Assembly (NCBI GenBank): GCA_045535715.1
Contig: JAZSME010000070.1
Coordinates: 1-60,895, forward strand
Reading direction: 5' to 3'
DNA length: 60,895 bases
Source of the DNA: Ruminococcus sp.
Lineage (GTDB): Bacteria; Bacillota; Clostridia; Oscillospirales; Acutalibacteraceae
Notes under the pieces: generated by a model
Databases searched by the model: none
What the model was told of the DNA's origin: nothing
The model's input: only the letters and a program-made list of their open reading frames with translations
Program-made: the position numbers and the translations under genes
Part shown: one piece after another, positions 18,308 to 27,438 of the stretch
Layout: each line of letters starts with the position of its first letter
Numbering within the stretch: the stretch's first letter is position 1

Positions 18308-19138
18308 TTATATCAATTCCCTGTAAATTTCGTTCTTTTTAAGTCCCGTGATCTTTGCGGCTTCCTTTGCGGCGTCGGTAGCTCTCTCTCCCGACTCAAT
18401 GAGCTCCCTTGCAATTCTCACCGCATCCTCAAGGGTATATTCGGGAGTCTCTTCCGAGAGGGGCTTTCCCTCAAGCACAAGGACTATCTCGCCCTTGATG
18501 CCGTTTTCCTCCACATATCTGAGCGCATCCTCCGTATTGGTGCGGATTATCTCCTCGTGAAGCTTTGTGAGCTCCCTCGCAATGGTGAGCTTTCTCACCG
18601 AGAAGGTTTCGTAAAAATCCCTGAGAGTATTGAGAAGCTTGTGGGGGGCTTCGTAGAATATCATGGTTCTTGTCTCGTTTCTGAGACTTTCGAGATGGTC
18701 TCTTCTGCTCTTTTTGTTGACAGAAAGAAAGCCCTCAAAGGTAAAACGCCCCGTTGCAAGACCTGAGACACACAAGGCGGAGATAACCGCCGAGGGACCG
18801 GGTACCACCTCAGTTCTGATGCCCTTTTCGGCACATTGTCTGATAAGCTCCTCTCCGGGGTCGGAGATGCAGGGCATTCCTGCGTCGGTTACGATGGCAC
18901 AGCTTTCTCCCGAGAGGATCCTTCCCACGATCTCCTCGCCTCGCTGAAGCTTGTTGTGTTCAAAATAGCTTATCATGGGCTTTTTGATTCCGAGATGGTT
19001 GAGAAGCTTCAGGGTGACACGAGTGTCCTCCGCCGCAATAAAGTCCACCTCGGAGAGGGTCTTTGCGGCTCTGGGACTAAGGTCGGAAAGATTTCCTATG
19101 GGTGTTCCCACAACGTAAAGTTTCGGTGTGTTATTCAC
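18308..19138 (-). CDS. rsmI: 16S rRNA (cytidine1402-2'-O)-methyltransferase
   Basis: TPIGNL, AEDTR, DAGMPCISDPG and RELTKLHEE. Confidence 0.95.
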   Translation of the reverse strand: MNNTPKLYVVGTPIGNLSDLSPRAAKTLSEVDFIAAEDTRVTLKLLNHLGIKKPMISYFEHNKLQRGEEIVGRILSGESCAIVTDAGMPCISDPGEELIRQCAEKGIRTEVVPGPSAVISALCVSGLATGRFTFEGFLSVNKKSRRDHLESLRNETRTMIFYEAPHKLLNTLRDFYETFSVRKLTIARELTKLHEEIIRTNTEDALRYVEENGIKGEIVLVLEGKPLSEETPEYTLEDAVRIARELIESGERATDAAKEAAKITGLKKNEIYRELI

Positions 19139-19889
19139 TTTTCTTCCTCCCCTTGTTATCCTGATAGCATCCGTAGATGCTGTTCATTTCATCGGTAAAG
19201 CTGTTGTCCTCATTTTCTATAATCAGGGTATTTTCCACCACAAGGCTTCCTGCCTTCGCTCCCCTCTTTCCCTCAAGAAGGAAAAGCTTGGGAGCTTTTC
19301 GGCTCTTACCCTGAACAAAGCGGAGTCTCTTGGGCTCCACGTCATATTTTCTCATAAGCTCCAAAGCATCTGTGAGCCTTTCGGGTCGCTGACAGATACA
19401 GAGCCTGCCCCCGAACTGCAAAAGAGAGGCGCCCACGCTGATGACATCCTCCAAGTTGCAGTTTTCCTCGTGCCTTGCCACAAGGACCTCCGACTCACGG
19501 CTTCTGACCCCGCCCCCTGAAATCTTATAGGGAGGATTGCAGGTGACAAGGGTGAAGTAACCGAAGGGAAGCTTTCCTTTGAGGCTTCTGAGATCAGCAC
19601 AAAGGGGTTTTATTATTTCCTTAAGAGAATTATGCTCTACGGAGCGCTTCATCATATCCGCACCCTCGGGAAAAATCTCAACCCCCACTATCTCCTTGGG
19701 GCAGTTATGGCGGGCAAGGAGAAGAGGGATGATTCCGCAACCTGTGCAGAGATCCACCACCTTGTCGCTTTTTCTGCTCTGTGCAAAATAAGAAAGCAGT
19801 ATTGTGTCGGTTGTGAAATGAAACTTATCGGAAACTATGATTTCGATGCCGTTTCCCAAAGGCTCAAATCTCTCATTAACGTAAAGCAT
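19131..19889 (-). CDS. tRNA1(Val) A37 N6-methyltransferase (YabB/TrmN6-like)
   Basis: DLCTGCG SAM motif, CNPPY and ARHE; position upstream of rsmI. Confidence 0.85.
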   Translation of the reverse strand: MLYVNERFEPLGNGIEIIVSDKFHFTTDTILLSYFAQSRKSDKVVDLCTGCGIIPLLLARHNCPKEIVGVEIFPEGADMMKRSVEHNSLKEIIKPLCADLRSLKGKLPFGYFTLVTCNPPYKISGGGVRSRESEVLVARHEENCNLEDVISVGASLLQFGGRLCICQRPERLTDALELMRKYDVEPKRLRFVQGKSRKAPKLFLLEGKRGAKAGSLVVENTLIIENEDNSFTDEMNSIYGCYQDNKGRKKSE

Positions 19890-19979
19890 AATCTCACCTC
19901 TTTTTAGGAATTTCTCCGTAATAGAAGAACAGCACCCCTTGCAAGAAGCGTGGGGTGCAGTTACATGTTTTCTTATTGA

Positions 19980-20150
19980 TTACTCAGCCTGGGGAGCTTC
20001 AACAGGGCAAACATCAGCACAAGCGCCGCAATCTGCACAGAGATCTGCATCGATTACGTACTTGCCATCACCCTCGGAGATAGCGCCACAAGGACACTCG
20101 TCTGCGCATGCGCCGCAGGAAATGCAATCATCATTGATAATATATGCCAT
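19980..20150 (-). CDS. 2[4Fe-4S] clostridial ferredoxin (56 aa), missing from the ORF track
   Basis: Manual translation MAYIINDDCISCGACADECPCGAISEGDGKYVIDADLCADCGACADVCPVEAPQAE; two CxxCxxCxxxCP motifs; AAGGAGGT RBS. Confidence 0.95.
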   Translation of the reverse strand: MAYIINDDCISCGACADECPCGAISEGDGKYVIDADLCADCGACADVCPVEAPQAE

Positions 20151-20276
20151 GGAAAAGGCACCTCCTTAATAATTTTCGATTTATATTGTAGCATACTTTT
20201 CAGAAAATGCAATCAGTTTACACAAATTTTCTGAAATTCCCTTATTTTTTTCTTTTTTTAAGAAGATACGCCCGTA

Positions 20277-21143
20277 TTATTCGAGGCCCTTGAGCTCCTG
20301 CATTTCCTTTTTGTCAATGCGGATGGTGCCGTCCTTGATGAGCTTCACATCCTTGACCTTGAAAGCCTGAGGTGCAGCCTCGGGGGGAGTATTGTCCATC
20401 TTCACCTTGAGAACACCTGTGAGGAGGTTCACCTCAACAACGGTTCCCTTGCCCTGAGGAGTCTTGACGATGGCTCCGTACTTAGGTGTATTCCTGAGAA
20501 GGTCGGTATATGCCTCCTGCTCATATTTGAGACAACACATAAGTCTGCCGCAGGTGCCTGAGATCTTGACTGGAGAAAGGGAGAGTCCCTGCTCCTTTGC
20601 CATCTTGATGGAAACGGGCTGGAAATCGCCGAGGAAGCTTGAGCAGCAGAACTGCTTGCCGCAGACACCAAGTCCGCCCAGCATCTTTGCCTCATCGCGG
20701 ACACCGATCTGACGAAGCTCGATTCTTGTCTTGAAGACAGAAGCCAGATCCTTGACGAGGGCTCTGAAGTCAACTCTGCCGTCAGCGGTGAAATAGAAGA
20801 GAATCTTACTCATATCGAAGGTGTACTCTACGTTTACCAGCTTCATCTCGAGACCGTGGTCGGCGATCTTCTTTGTACAGATGTCAAAGGCTTTCTTCTC
20901 AAGAAGCTTGTTGTTTTCAAGCTTCTTAAGGTCAGCCTCTGTTGCTTTTCTGATGATTTTCTTGAGAGGATGCACGATTTCGCTGTCGGGCACATCTCTG
21001 CTCTCTGTGGCAACGCAGCCGCACTCGACGCCTCTGGCAGTCTCCACGATTACCATATCTCCCGAAGAAAGCTTTTCCTCAAGAGGTTCGAAAAAATAAA
21101 TCTTGCCCACTTCCTTGAAGCGGACGCCTACTACTTCTGCCAT
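20277..21143 (-). CDS. yaaT: PSP1/stage 0 sporulation family protein YaaT (RicT)
   Basis: GRVDFRALVKDLA, RIELRQIGVRDEAK, CC, KISGTCGRLMCCL. Confidence 0.92.
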   Translation of the reverse strand: MAEVVGVRFKEVGKIYFFEPLEEKLSSGDMVIVETARGVECGCVATESRDVPDSEIVHPLKKIIRKATEADLKKLENNKLLEKKAFDICTKKIADHGLEMKLVNVEYTFDMSKILFYFTADGRVDFRALVKDLASVFKTRIELRQIGVRDEAKMLGGLGVCGKQFCCSSFLGDFQPVSIKMAKEQGLSLSPVKISGTCGRLMCCLKYEQEAYTDLLRNTPKYGAIVKTPQGKGTVVEVNLLTGVLKVKMDNTPPEAAPQAFKVKDVKLIKDGTIRIDKKEMQELKGLE

Positions 21144-22006
21144 GATATCCTCCTATATTCCCCCGAAAGCCATGTTACCAGCAAAACGGGAGTTACGTTT
21201 CTGTTTACTTTATTGATTGCATCGGTTGTGATGTCAATGAGCTTTATAAGCTTCTGCTTTGTGAGCTTCTGTCGAAGCATGGCGGCGCACTCGCTGTCAA
21301 AGAGAGTTTCCGCACCCACCGAGAGAGACAAAGCATCAGAGAGAATTCTCCGCACCAAAGGCAGTACCGAAAGGGCTGTCTTCCTTGAGGTAAGCCTGAA
21401 GGTTGCCTTGAGCAAAGGCATCTCACGAAGGTCCACAAGACCTCTGAGAATTTCCTTTGCAAGCTCCATATCCTCTTTCGCAGCCTCAAGCTCCGTGTCG
21501 GTTTGAAGAATTGCGCAACGGGAAAGGATGGTTACGGGAAGCACCTTGGGATTTTCCGCCGTCAGGATAAAGAGTGTATCCTGAGAGGGCTCCTCAAGGG
21601 TTTTGAGGAAAGCATTCTGAGCTTCCTTGCCCATTCGCTTGTCTGCGTCCAGAAGGACATAGACCTTTTTCTTTGCTTCTGACGGAATGATTACTGAATC
21701 CCTGACGATGTTTCTAATCTCGTCAACGGAGATGCCGTCGGTCTTTCCCTTTCCTTTGGCAAAATAAATATCGGGATGGTTGCCCGCCTTTGCCTTGATG
21801 CAGCCGCTGCACTCATCACAAGGGGTCTCCCCTTCGCTACTGCACACAGCGTGCATTGAGAGGAGCCTCATCAGCTCTTCCCTTTTCTTTTGGTCGGGAG
21901 AGGAAATGATTACTGCGTGGGGCATTCTTCGGCTTTTTTCCATAGCCGTCAGCTGATTTTTTAATCCTTCGTTTACGGATAATCCGAGAAAATTCACGCA
22001 ATTCAC
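21131..22006 (-). CDS. holB: DNA polymerase III delta' subunit
   Basis: C..PCDECSGC zinc module, NHPD, AQNAFLKTLEEP and TILSRC; upstream of yaaT. Confidence 0.85.
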   Translation of the reverse strand: MNCVNFLGLSVNEGLKNQLTAMEKSRRMPHAVIISSPDQKKREELMRLLSMHAVCSSEGETPCDECSGCIKAKAGNHPDIYFAKGKGKTDGISVDEIRNIVRDSVIIPSEAKKKVYVLLDADKRMGKEAQNAFLKTLEEPSQDTLFILTAENPKVLPVTILSRCAILQTDTELEAAKEDMELAKEILRGLVDLREMPLLKATFRLTSRKTALSVLPLVRRILSDALSLSVGAETLFDSECAAMLRQKLTKQKLIKLIDITTDAINKVNRNVTPVLLVTWLSGEYRRISWQK

Positions 22007-22069
22007 CTCCCGCGATTTTTAATTATATCATAAATCAGGATTTATTTCCACAGTTATATTTTTGAAATA

Positions 22070-22537
22070 TCACTTGAGCTCCACAATATTGGTGACAATC
22101 CCCTTCGGGGTCACGTCCACGTATCCGTAGGTTCCTCCATATCCCCGCAGGCTTCCCGGATTGAGCATATAGAGTCCGTCGTCATAAATTGCAAGGGGAT
22201 TGTGGGTATGTCCGAAAAGCACCACCTGAGCCTCCTGCTCCTTTGCGGCACAAAAGAGGTTATAAAGGGTACTTTTTACATTGTAGGCGTGACCGTGTGT
22301 GACAAAGAATTTAACACCCTCTGCACTGAAGGTCTCGCTTATGGGAGCACTTGAGCAGAAATCACAGTTACCCTTGACGCTTATGACCATTTTGTCGGGA
22401 AAGTTCTCTCTGATACGGCTTGCTTCATCAGCACCGTCTCCGCAATGCACCACTATCTCTGCCGTAGGCTGAGACCTGATGGCACGCATGAGGGAGTATT
22501 CGTCAGAGTGGCTGTCGGACACAACTAGTATTCGCAT
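22070..22537 (-). CDS. YfcE/YsnB-family metallophosphoesterase
   Basis: SDSH, HCGD, KGNCD, THGH, FGHTH and NPGS. Confidence 0.9.
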   Translation of the reverse strand: MRILVVSDSHSDEYSLMRAIRSQPTAEIVVHCGDGADEASRIRENFPDKMVISVKGNCDFCSSAPISETFSAEGVKFFVTHGHAYNVKSTLYNLFCAAKEQEAQVVLFGHTHNPLAIYDDGLYMLNPGSLRGYGGTYGYVDVTPKGIVTNIVELK

Positions 22538-22551
22538 AAATCATCTACCTG

Positions 22552-22580
22552 TCATATTATAATAGTAATCATCATATTAG
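22552..22580 (+). promoter_or_regulatory. Putative sigma-E-type sporulation promoter
   Basis: TCATATT-N14-CATATTAG resembles the mother-cell SigE consensus and spacing. Confidence 0.4.
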
Positions 22581-22597
22581 TACTGTGAGGTGTTACT

Positions 22598-22804
22598 ATG
22601 TCAAACAACGAGTTTAAAGGAAACATTCCCGAGGAGCTTTTAAAGAAAGCCAAAAAGGGAAATCTGGAGGCTCTCACAAAGAACCTCAGCGAAAAAGATA
22701 AGGAGAAAGTAAACTCCATTCTTTCCGATCCCCAAAAGCAGAAGGAGTTTCTCTCGAATCCTCAGGTGAAAGCACTTATGAAAAAGCTGGGTCTCGGTGG
22801 ATAA
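22598..22804 (+). CDS. Small hypothetical protein (68 aa)
   Basis: GAGGTG RBS; helical K/E-rich ILSDP..K..LSNP pattern; overlaps the next ORF. Confidence 0.75.
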   Translation: MSNNEFKGNIPEELLKKAKKGNLEALTKNLSEKDKEKVNSILSDPQKQKEFLSNPQVKALMKKLGLGG

Positions 22805-23231
22805 CCTTGAAAACGCCATAGGTAACATCTTAAGCAATCCCGACGCAATGAAAAAGATATCGGAGCTTTCAAAGTCTCTGGGACTTGGGGGCGATCAAAA
22901 GGAAACGCCTCTCTCAGAAAATCCTGCAGGCGGAGACCTCGGCACGCTTTCAAATCTTCTGAATTTCGGGAGCAGTTCTGAGGAGACAGAAAGCTCAAAC
23001 CCTCTTGCTTCTCTTCTTTCGCCATCTCAGGAGAACACCGAAATTATGGGAAAGCTTGTGAAGTTTCTGCCCCTTCTCAAAGGAATGAACAAGGAGGATG
23101 ACTCCACGAGGCTTCTTCAGTCTCTGCGACCATTTCTAAGCGAGCACAAGAGAAAGCGCCTTGACGAAGCCGCAAAAATGATTAAGGTAATACGACTTCT
23201 GCCCATGCTCAGGGGCACAGGGCTCTTTTAG
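22797..23231 (+). CDS. Hypothetical protein (144 aa)
   Basis: ILSNPDAM N-terminus and LLQSLRPFLS..R..RLDEAAK C-terminus, typical of small clostridial proteins; GTG start. Confidence 0.75.
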   Translation: MDNLENAIGNILSNPDAMKKISELSKSLGLGGDQKETPLSENPAGGDLGTLSNLLNFGSSSEETESSNPLASLLSPSQENTEIMGKLVKFLPLLKGMNKEDDSTRLLQSLRPFLSEHKRKRLDEAAKMIKVIRLLPMLRGTGLF

Positions 23232-23245
23232 AAAGGAGGATTTCT

Positions 23246-23548
23246 TTGGATAATATGAAAGAGGAGGCCTTAAGACGTGCAAGTCAGATGCACAGAAGCG
23301 TCCCCTACACTCCCCTTAAGAAAGACTCATCAGAGGAGCAGAAAAAGTCCTCTCAGCTTCCTTTGGAGAACACACCTTCGAAAGAGGAGAATCGAAAGGA
23401 TAATAATTCTCTCAAAGAAATAAACTCTCCCCCTGCCCTCTTCGAGGATAAGGAAAAGCTTCTGATACTTATGCTTCTTCTCCTGCTGTCCTCCGAGGAA
23501 AACTCAGACCCTGTGGTGACTCTTGCACTTCTTTATCTGATAATTTAA
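23246..23548 (+). CDS. Hypothetical protein (100 aa) with hydrophobic C-terminus
   Basis: AAGGAGG RBS with TTG start; D..LLILMLLLLL..E..D...LALLYLI tail. Confidence 0.72.
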   Translation: MDNMKEEALRRASQMHRSVPYTPLKKDSSEEQKKSSQLPLENTPSKEENRKDNNSLKEINSPPALFEDKEKLLILMLLLLLSSEENSDPVVTLALLYLII

Positions 23549-23555
23549 AGGCAGG

Positions 23556-24797
23556 TTATCTTACCTGACCGTTACCTCTGATAATAAACTTCATGCTGGT
23601 AAGCTCATTGATTCCCATGGGGCCTCTGGCATGGAGTTTTTGTGTTGAAATACCGATCTCGGCACCGAGACCGAACTCGCCGCCATCGGTAAAACGAGTT
23701 GATGCGTTTACGTAAACAGCCGCTGAATCTATCTCCGCTGTGAATTTATTTGCATTCCGGTAATTATCTGTGATGATGCACTCGCTGTGACCTGTGGAGT
23801 GCTTGGAAATATGTGAGATAGCCTCGTCAATATCCTTTACGACCTTGACCGCAAGGATATAGTCGTGATACTCGGTATAGTAGTCCTCATCGGTAGCAGG
23901 AACTACTGAGTCGCCCAGAATAGCTCTTGTCTTTTCGCAGCCTCTTATCTCAACGTTCATCTTATCAAGCTCTGCTTTCATAGCTTTGAGAGCCTTATCT
24001 GCAACAGCCTCGTGAACCACAACTGTCTCAATGGCGTTGCAGACAGAGGGACGGGAGGTCTTGGCATTATATACAATGCTTGCCGCCATATCAATATCGG
24101 CAAATTCATCAATATATACGTGACAGTTGCCTGCACCTGTCTCGATTACAGGCACCTTTGCGTTCTCAACTGTTGCCTTGATAAGTCCTGCACCGCCTCG
24201 GGGAATGAGGACATCAAGGTACTCTGTAAGACCCATAAGCTCAATGGAGCTCTGTCTTGTGGTATCGGAAATAAGCTGAACGCTGTCTCTGGGAAGACCT
24301 GCTTTTTCAATAGCGTTTCTCATAACCTCGGCTACGGCCATATTGGAATTGATGGCTTCTTTGCCGCCGCGAAGGATTACTGCATTGCCTGATTTAAGGC
24401 ACAGAGCCGCAGCATCAGCGGTAACATTGGGACGAGCCTCGTAGATGATGCCGATAACACCCAAGGGTACTCTCACCTTTGTAACCTCGAGACCATTGGG
24501 AAGCTTATTACCTGAAAGCACATCGCCGATGGGATCGGGGAATGCTGCTACCTGACGTGCACCCTCTGCCATAGAGGAAATTCTCTCCTTGGTGAGAGCA
24601 AGTCTGTCGAGGAGTGCTTCGGACATACCGTTGTCTCTTCCGTTTTTGAGATCCTTCTCGTTTTCCCTGAGTATGTAGTCTGCCTCTGCCTCTAAAGCAT
24701 CAGCCAGAGCGTAGAGTGCTGTGTTTTTGATTTTTCCTGCTGTTGCAAGGATTCGGGAGGCTTCCTTTGCCTTTTTTCCCATTTCTAAAACTGTCAT
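23556..24797 (-). CDS. proA: Glutamate-5-semialdehyde dehydrogenase
   Basis: PLGVIGIIYEARPNVT, SVCNAIE and ASTRFTDGGEFGLGAEIGISTQKLHARGPMG. Confidence 0.97.
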   Translation of the reverse strand: MTVLEMGKKAKEASRILATAGKIKNTALYALADALEAEADYILRENEKDLKNGRDNGMSEALLDRLALTKERISSMAEGARQVAAFPDPIGDVLSGNKLPNGLEVTKVRVPLGVIGIIYEARPNVTADAAALCLKSGNAVILRGGKEAINSNMAVAEVMRNAIEKAGLPRDSVQLISDTTRQSSIELMGLTEYLDVLIPRGGAGLIKATVENAKVPVIETGAGNCHVYIDEFADIDMAASIVYNAKTSRPSVCNAIETVVVHEAVADKALKAMKAELDKMNVEIRGCEKTRAILGDSVVPATDEDYYTEYHDYILAVKVVKDIDEAISHISKHSTGHSECIITDNYRNANKFTAEIDSAAVYVNASTRFTDGGEFGLGAEIGISTQKLHARGPMGINELTSMKFIIRGNGQVR

Positions 24798-24860
24798 AAA
24801 TATTCTCCTTAAAGTCAGGTCTTAAATAAGCCCTGCTATTGATTTCTGAACAAATGTCTT

Positions 24861-25655
24861 TTACTGTGCACAGAATTTTGTGCCCACAGGCTTTTTGTCG
24901 GTTACATCGTAGATTCTTGAGGGCTTGTCTCCTGCGATAACGAAGCAGTCGATGCCTGCTTCGGTGGCGTACTTTGCCGCCATGATTTTGGTGGTCATAC
25001 CGCCTGTGCCTCGGTTAGAGCCTGAGCCGCCTGCCATTCTTTCGATGTCCTCGGTTATCTTCTCAACAACCTCAATTTTCTCTGCATCCTCGTTCTTTCT
25101 GGGGTCCTTTGTGTAGAGACCGTCAATGTCGGTGAGGATTATGAGAGTATCCGCCCCCACCAGCTTTGCTACAATGGCGGAGAGCATATCGTTGTCGCCG
25201 AAGTTGTGACCCTGAAGCTCATCAATAGCCACTGTGTCATTCTCATTTACAATGGGAATAATGTTCATGGAGAGCAGTGTCTCGAAGGTATTGATTACAT
25301 TTTCTTTTCTGTGGTCATTGTCAACGGTGTCTCGAGTCAGCAGCACCTGAGCCACCATATTGTTATATTCGCCGAAGAGCTTGTCGTACATAAACATAAG
25401 CTCGCACTGACCCAAAGCGGCAAGAGCCTGCTTTTCCTTGGTGCCTGTGGGCTTTTCGGGAAGGGAGAGCTTGCCCATTCCGATGCCGATGGCACCCGAG
25501 GAAACAAGGATAATCTCTCTGCCCTGATTGTGAAGGTCCGAGAGCACCTTTGAGAGCTCCTCGATTCTTCTCAGATTAGCTTTTCCGTTTTCATAAGTAA
25601 GTGTGGAGGTACCAACCTTCACAACGATTCTTTTCATGTCCATAAGAATATTCAT
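24861..25655 (-). CDS. proB: Glutamate 5-kinase (no PUA domain)
   Basis: VVKVGTS, VSSGA, NENDTV, FGDND and GTGGMTTK. Confidence 0.95.
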   Translation of the reverse strand: MNILMDMKRIVVKVGTSTLTYENGKANLRRIEELSKVLSDLHNQGREIILVSSGAIGIGMGKLSLPEKPTGTKEKQALAALGQCELMFMYDKLFGEYNNMVAQVLLTRDTVDNDHRKENVINTFETLLSMNIIPIVNENDTVAIDELQGHNFGDNDMLSAIVAKLVGADTLIILTDIDGLYTKDPRKNEDAEKIEVVEKITEDIERMAGGSGSNRGTGGMTTKIMAAKYATEAGIDCFVIAGDKPSRIYDVTDKKPVGTKFCAQ

Positions 25656-25800
25656 CCCCTATTATACATTCCGTAGTATTATACCACAAAACTCCTGTAT
25701 TCTTCAAGTGTTTTATTACATCTGTCTCTTTAAAATTTGTTGACTTATAAAACAATCGGTGATACAATCGAAATATGATAATACCGAGGAGGTTTTTATT

Positions 25801-26370
25801 GTGAAAAAATTTCTTGTTATCTTAAGCTTGCTCCTGATTTTTTCCATGGTATTTTCGGGTTGCTCAGATGATGAATCCGACAGACGCCGTGGTTCTAAAG
25901 ATTCAGAAAAAAACACACAGGAAACCCAGCCTCTCACCGAAAACGTATATGAGCCCACAGAATATGACTGTGATGTTTGCGGCGGCGACGGAGATCTGGA
26001 CTGCAATTACTGTGGCGGCAGCGGAGTTCTCGATTTTGGCGCAGGCCCCTCTATCTGCTCCTGCGGCGATGGTAAGACTACCTGCTACGGCTGTAACGGC
26101 GAAGGCGTAATCATCGTATACCCCGACGTTCCCGCTCCCACAATCAACATCCCCGACCCTCCTGCTCCCACGCTATATAATAATCCTGCAAGCTGTGTCA
26201 GATGCAAAAACACAGGAACTGTGATCTGCACAAGCTGCAACGGTGCCGGCAAGTTCTACGAGCTGAAGCACTCGACAAACTACGGCGCAGGAAGCACACC
26301 CTACACCGTAACAACCACATGCAAACTTTGTATGGGTAAAGGGCTTATGGATTGTCCCAACTGCTACTGA
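25801..26370 (+). CDS. Lipoprotein with DnaJ-type CxxCxGxG zinc-finger repeats
   Basis: GTG start behind GAGGAGG; signal peptide with lipobox FSGC; eight Cys-pair motifs. Confidence 0.8.
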   Translation: MKKFLVILSLLLIFSMVFSGCSDDESDRRRGSKDSEKNTQETQPLTENVYEPTEYDCDVCGGDGDLDCNYCGGSGVLDFGAGPSICSCGDGKTTCYGCNGEGVIIVYPDVPAPTINIPDPPAPTLYNNPASCVRCKNTGTVICTSCNGAGKFYELKHSTNYGAGSTPYTVTTTCKLCMGKGLMDCPNCY

Positions 26371-26382
26371 TAAGCTGAAAAC

Positions 26383-26424
26383 AAAAAGAAGGCACAACTG
26401 ACGGGTTGTACCTTCTCTTTTTTT
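26383..26424. terminator. Bidirectional terminator
   Basis: AGAAGG.ACAAC/GTTGT.CCTTCT stem with A and T tracts. Confidence 0.7.
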
Positions 26425-26449
26425 GTTATTTTCAGAACTCATCCGTCCT

Positions 26450-27301
26450 TTACTGACAGTATTTTCTGCAAAGGTCAGCAAGGCAAAGCTCGAACTTAAC
26501 ACCGTACCAATGCTCCTCCTTCGAGTCGAGGGTGGCGCGGATGGAATCTGCGGTGAAATCTGTTGCGACCTCTGCCGCCTTTTCAAAGGAGAAGCCCTTC
26601 ACAAAGGCTCCCGTAAAGGTGCTTGCCCACACATCTCCCGTTCCGTGGAACATACTGTTTATCTTGTCGCTTTTTATGTAAGTATACTTCCCCGTTTCGC
26701 TGTCAAAGCAGGCAACTCCCAGACTCTTTGAGTCAAAGGAAACCCCTGTCAGCACCACTTTTTTTGCCCCCAGCTCTGAGAGTCTCACAAGAAGCCCCTT
26801 TATGTACTCCTCGCTGTATCCCGAAGGCACGTATTCCTCTGAGAGAAGAAATGAGGCTTCGGTGAGATTGGGAGTGATGACATCCGCCTTTGCACAAAGC
26901 TTTGCCATTTCTTTTGCGAAATCAGGGGTGAAATTCTTATAGAGGCTTCCGTTGTCCCCCAGCACAGGGTCAACAATGACAACCGTATCCTCTTTTTTGA
27001 AAGTATCGATAAAGTCCTTCACAAGGGATATCTGTCTGAGAGAGCCGAGATACCCCGAATATATGGAGTCAAAGCTCTCGCCCCTTGCGCTCCAATGGCG
27101 GGATATGGGCTCAAGCTCGTCGGTAAGATCGTGGAAGGTAAATCCCTCAAAGGCGGTGTGGGTGGACAAAACAGCGGTGGGAAGCACAACGGTCTCAATT
27201 CCCAGAGCGGAGATGATGGGAAGTGCCACCGTCAGAGAGCATTTTCCCAGACAGGAGATATCGTTTATACATACTGCTCGCTTCTGTTTCATATTTTTCA
27301 C
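26450..27301 (-). CDS. pdxK: Pyridoxal/pyridoxamine kinase
   Basis: DISCLGKCSL, LSTHT, SGYLGS, VDPVLGD, TPNLTEA and HGTGD. Confidence 0.88.
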   Translation of the reverse strand: MKNMKQKRAVCINDISCLGKCSLTVALPIISALGIETVVLPTAVLSTHTAFEGFTFHDLTDELEPISRHWSARGESFDSIYSGYLGSLRQISLVKDFIDTFKKEDTVVIVDPVLGDNGSLYKNFTPDFAKEMAKLCAKADVITPNLTEASFLLSEEYVPSGYSEEYIKGLLVRLSELGAKKVVLTGVSFDSKSLGVACFDSETGKYTYIKSDKINSMFHGTGDVWASTFTGAFVKGFSFEKAAEVATDFTADSIRATLDSKEEHWYGVKFELCLADLCRKYCQ

Positions 27302-27438
27302 CCTTTACCTCAGAATAATACTACTTGATTATATCACACAGGGCATATTTTTCAATTCAAAATATTTACAAATTTGTGTGGATATATTATACTGTTTTCA
27401 TATTATTTTTAAGATATATGAGGATTTACGAGGTATAT

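Noticed and set aside
19939-20169. 76-aa plus-strand ORF
   Set aside because: Antisense shadow of the ferredoxin gene.
24861-25655. ProB as a truncated pseudogene
   Set aside because: PUA-less glutamate 5-kinases are common and all catalytic motifs are present.
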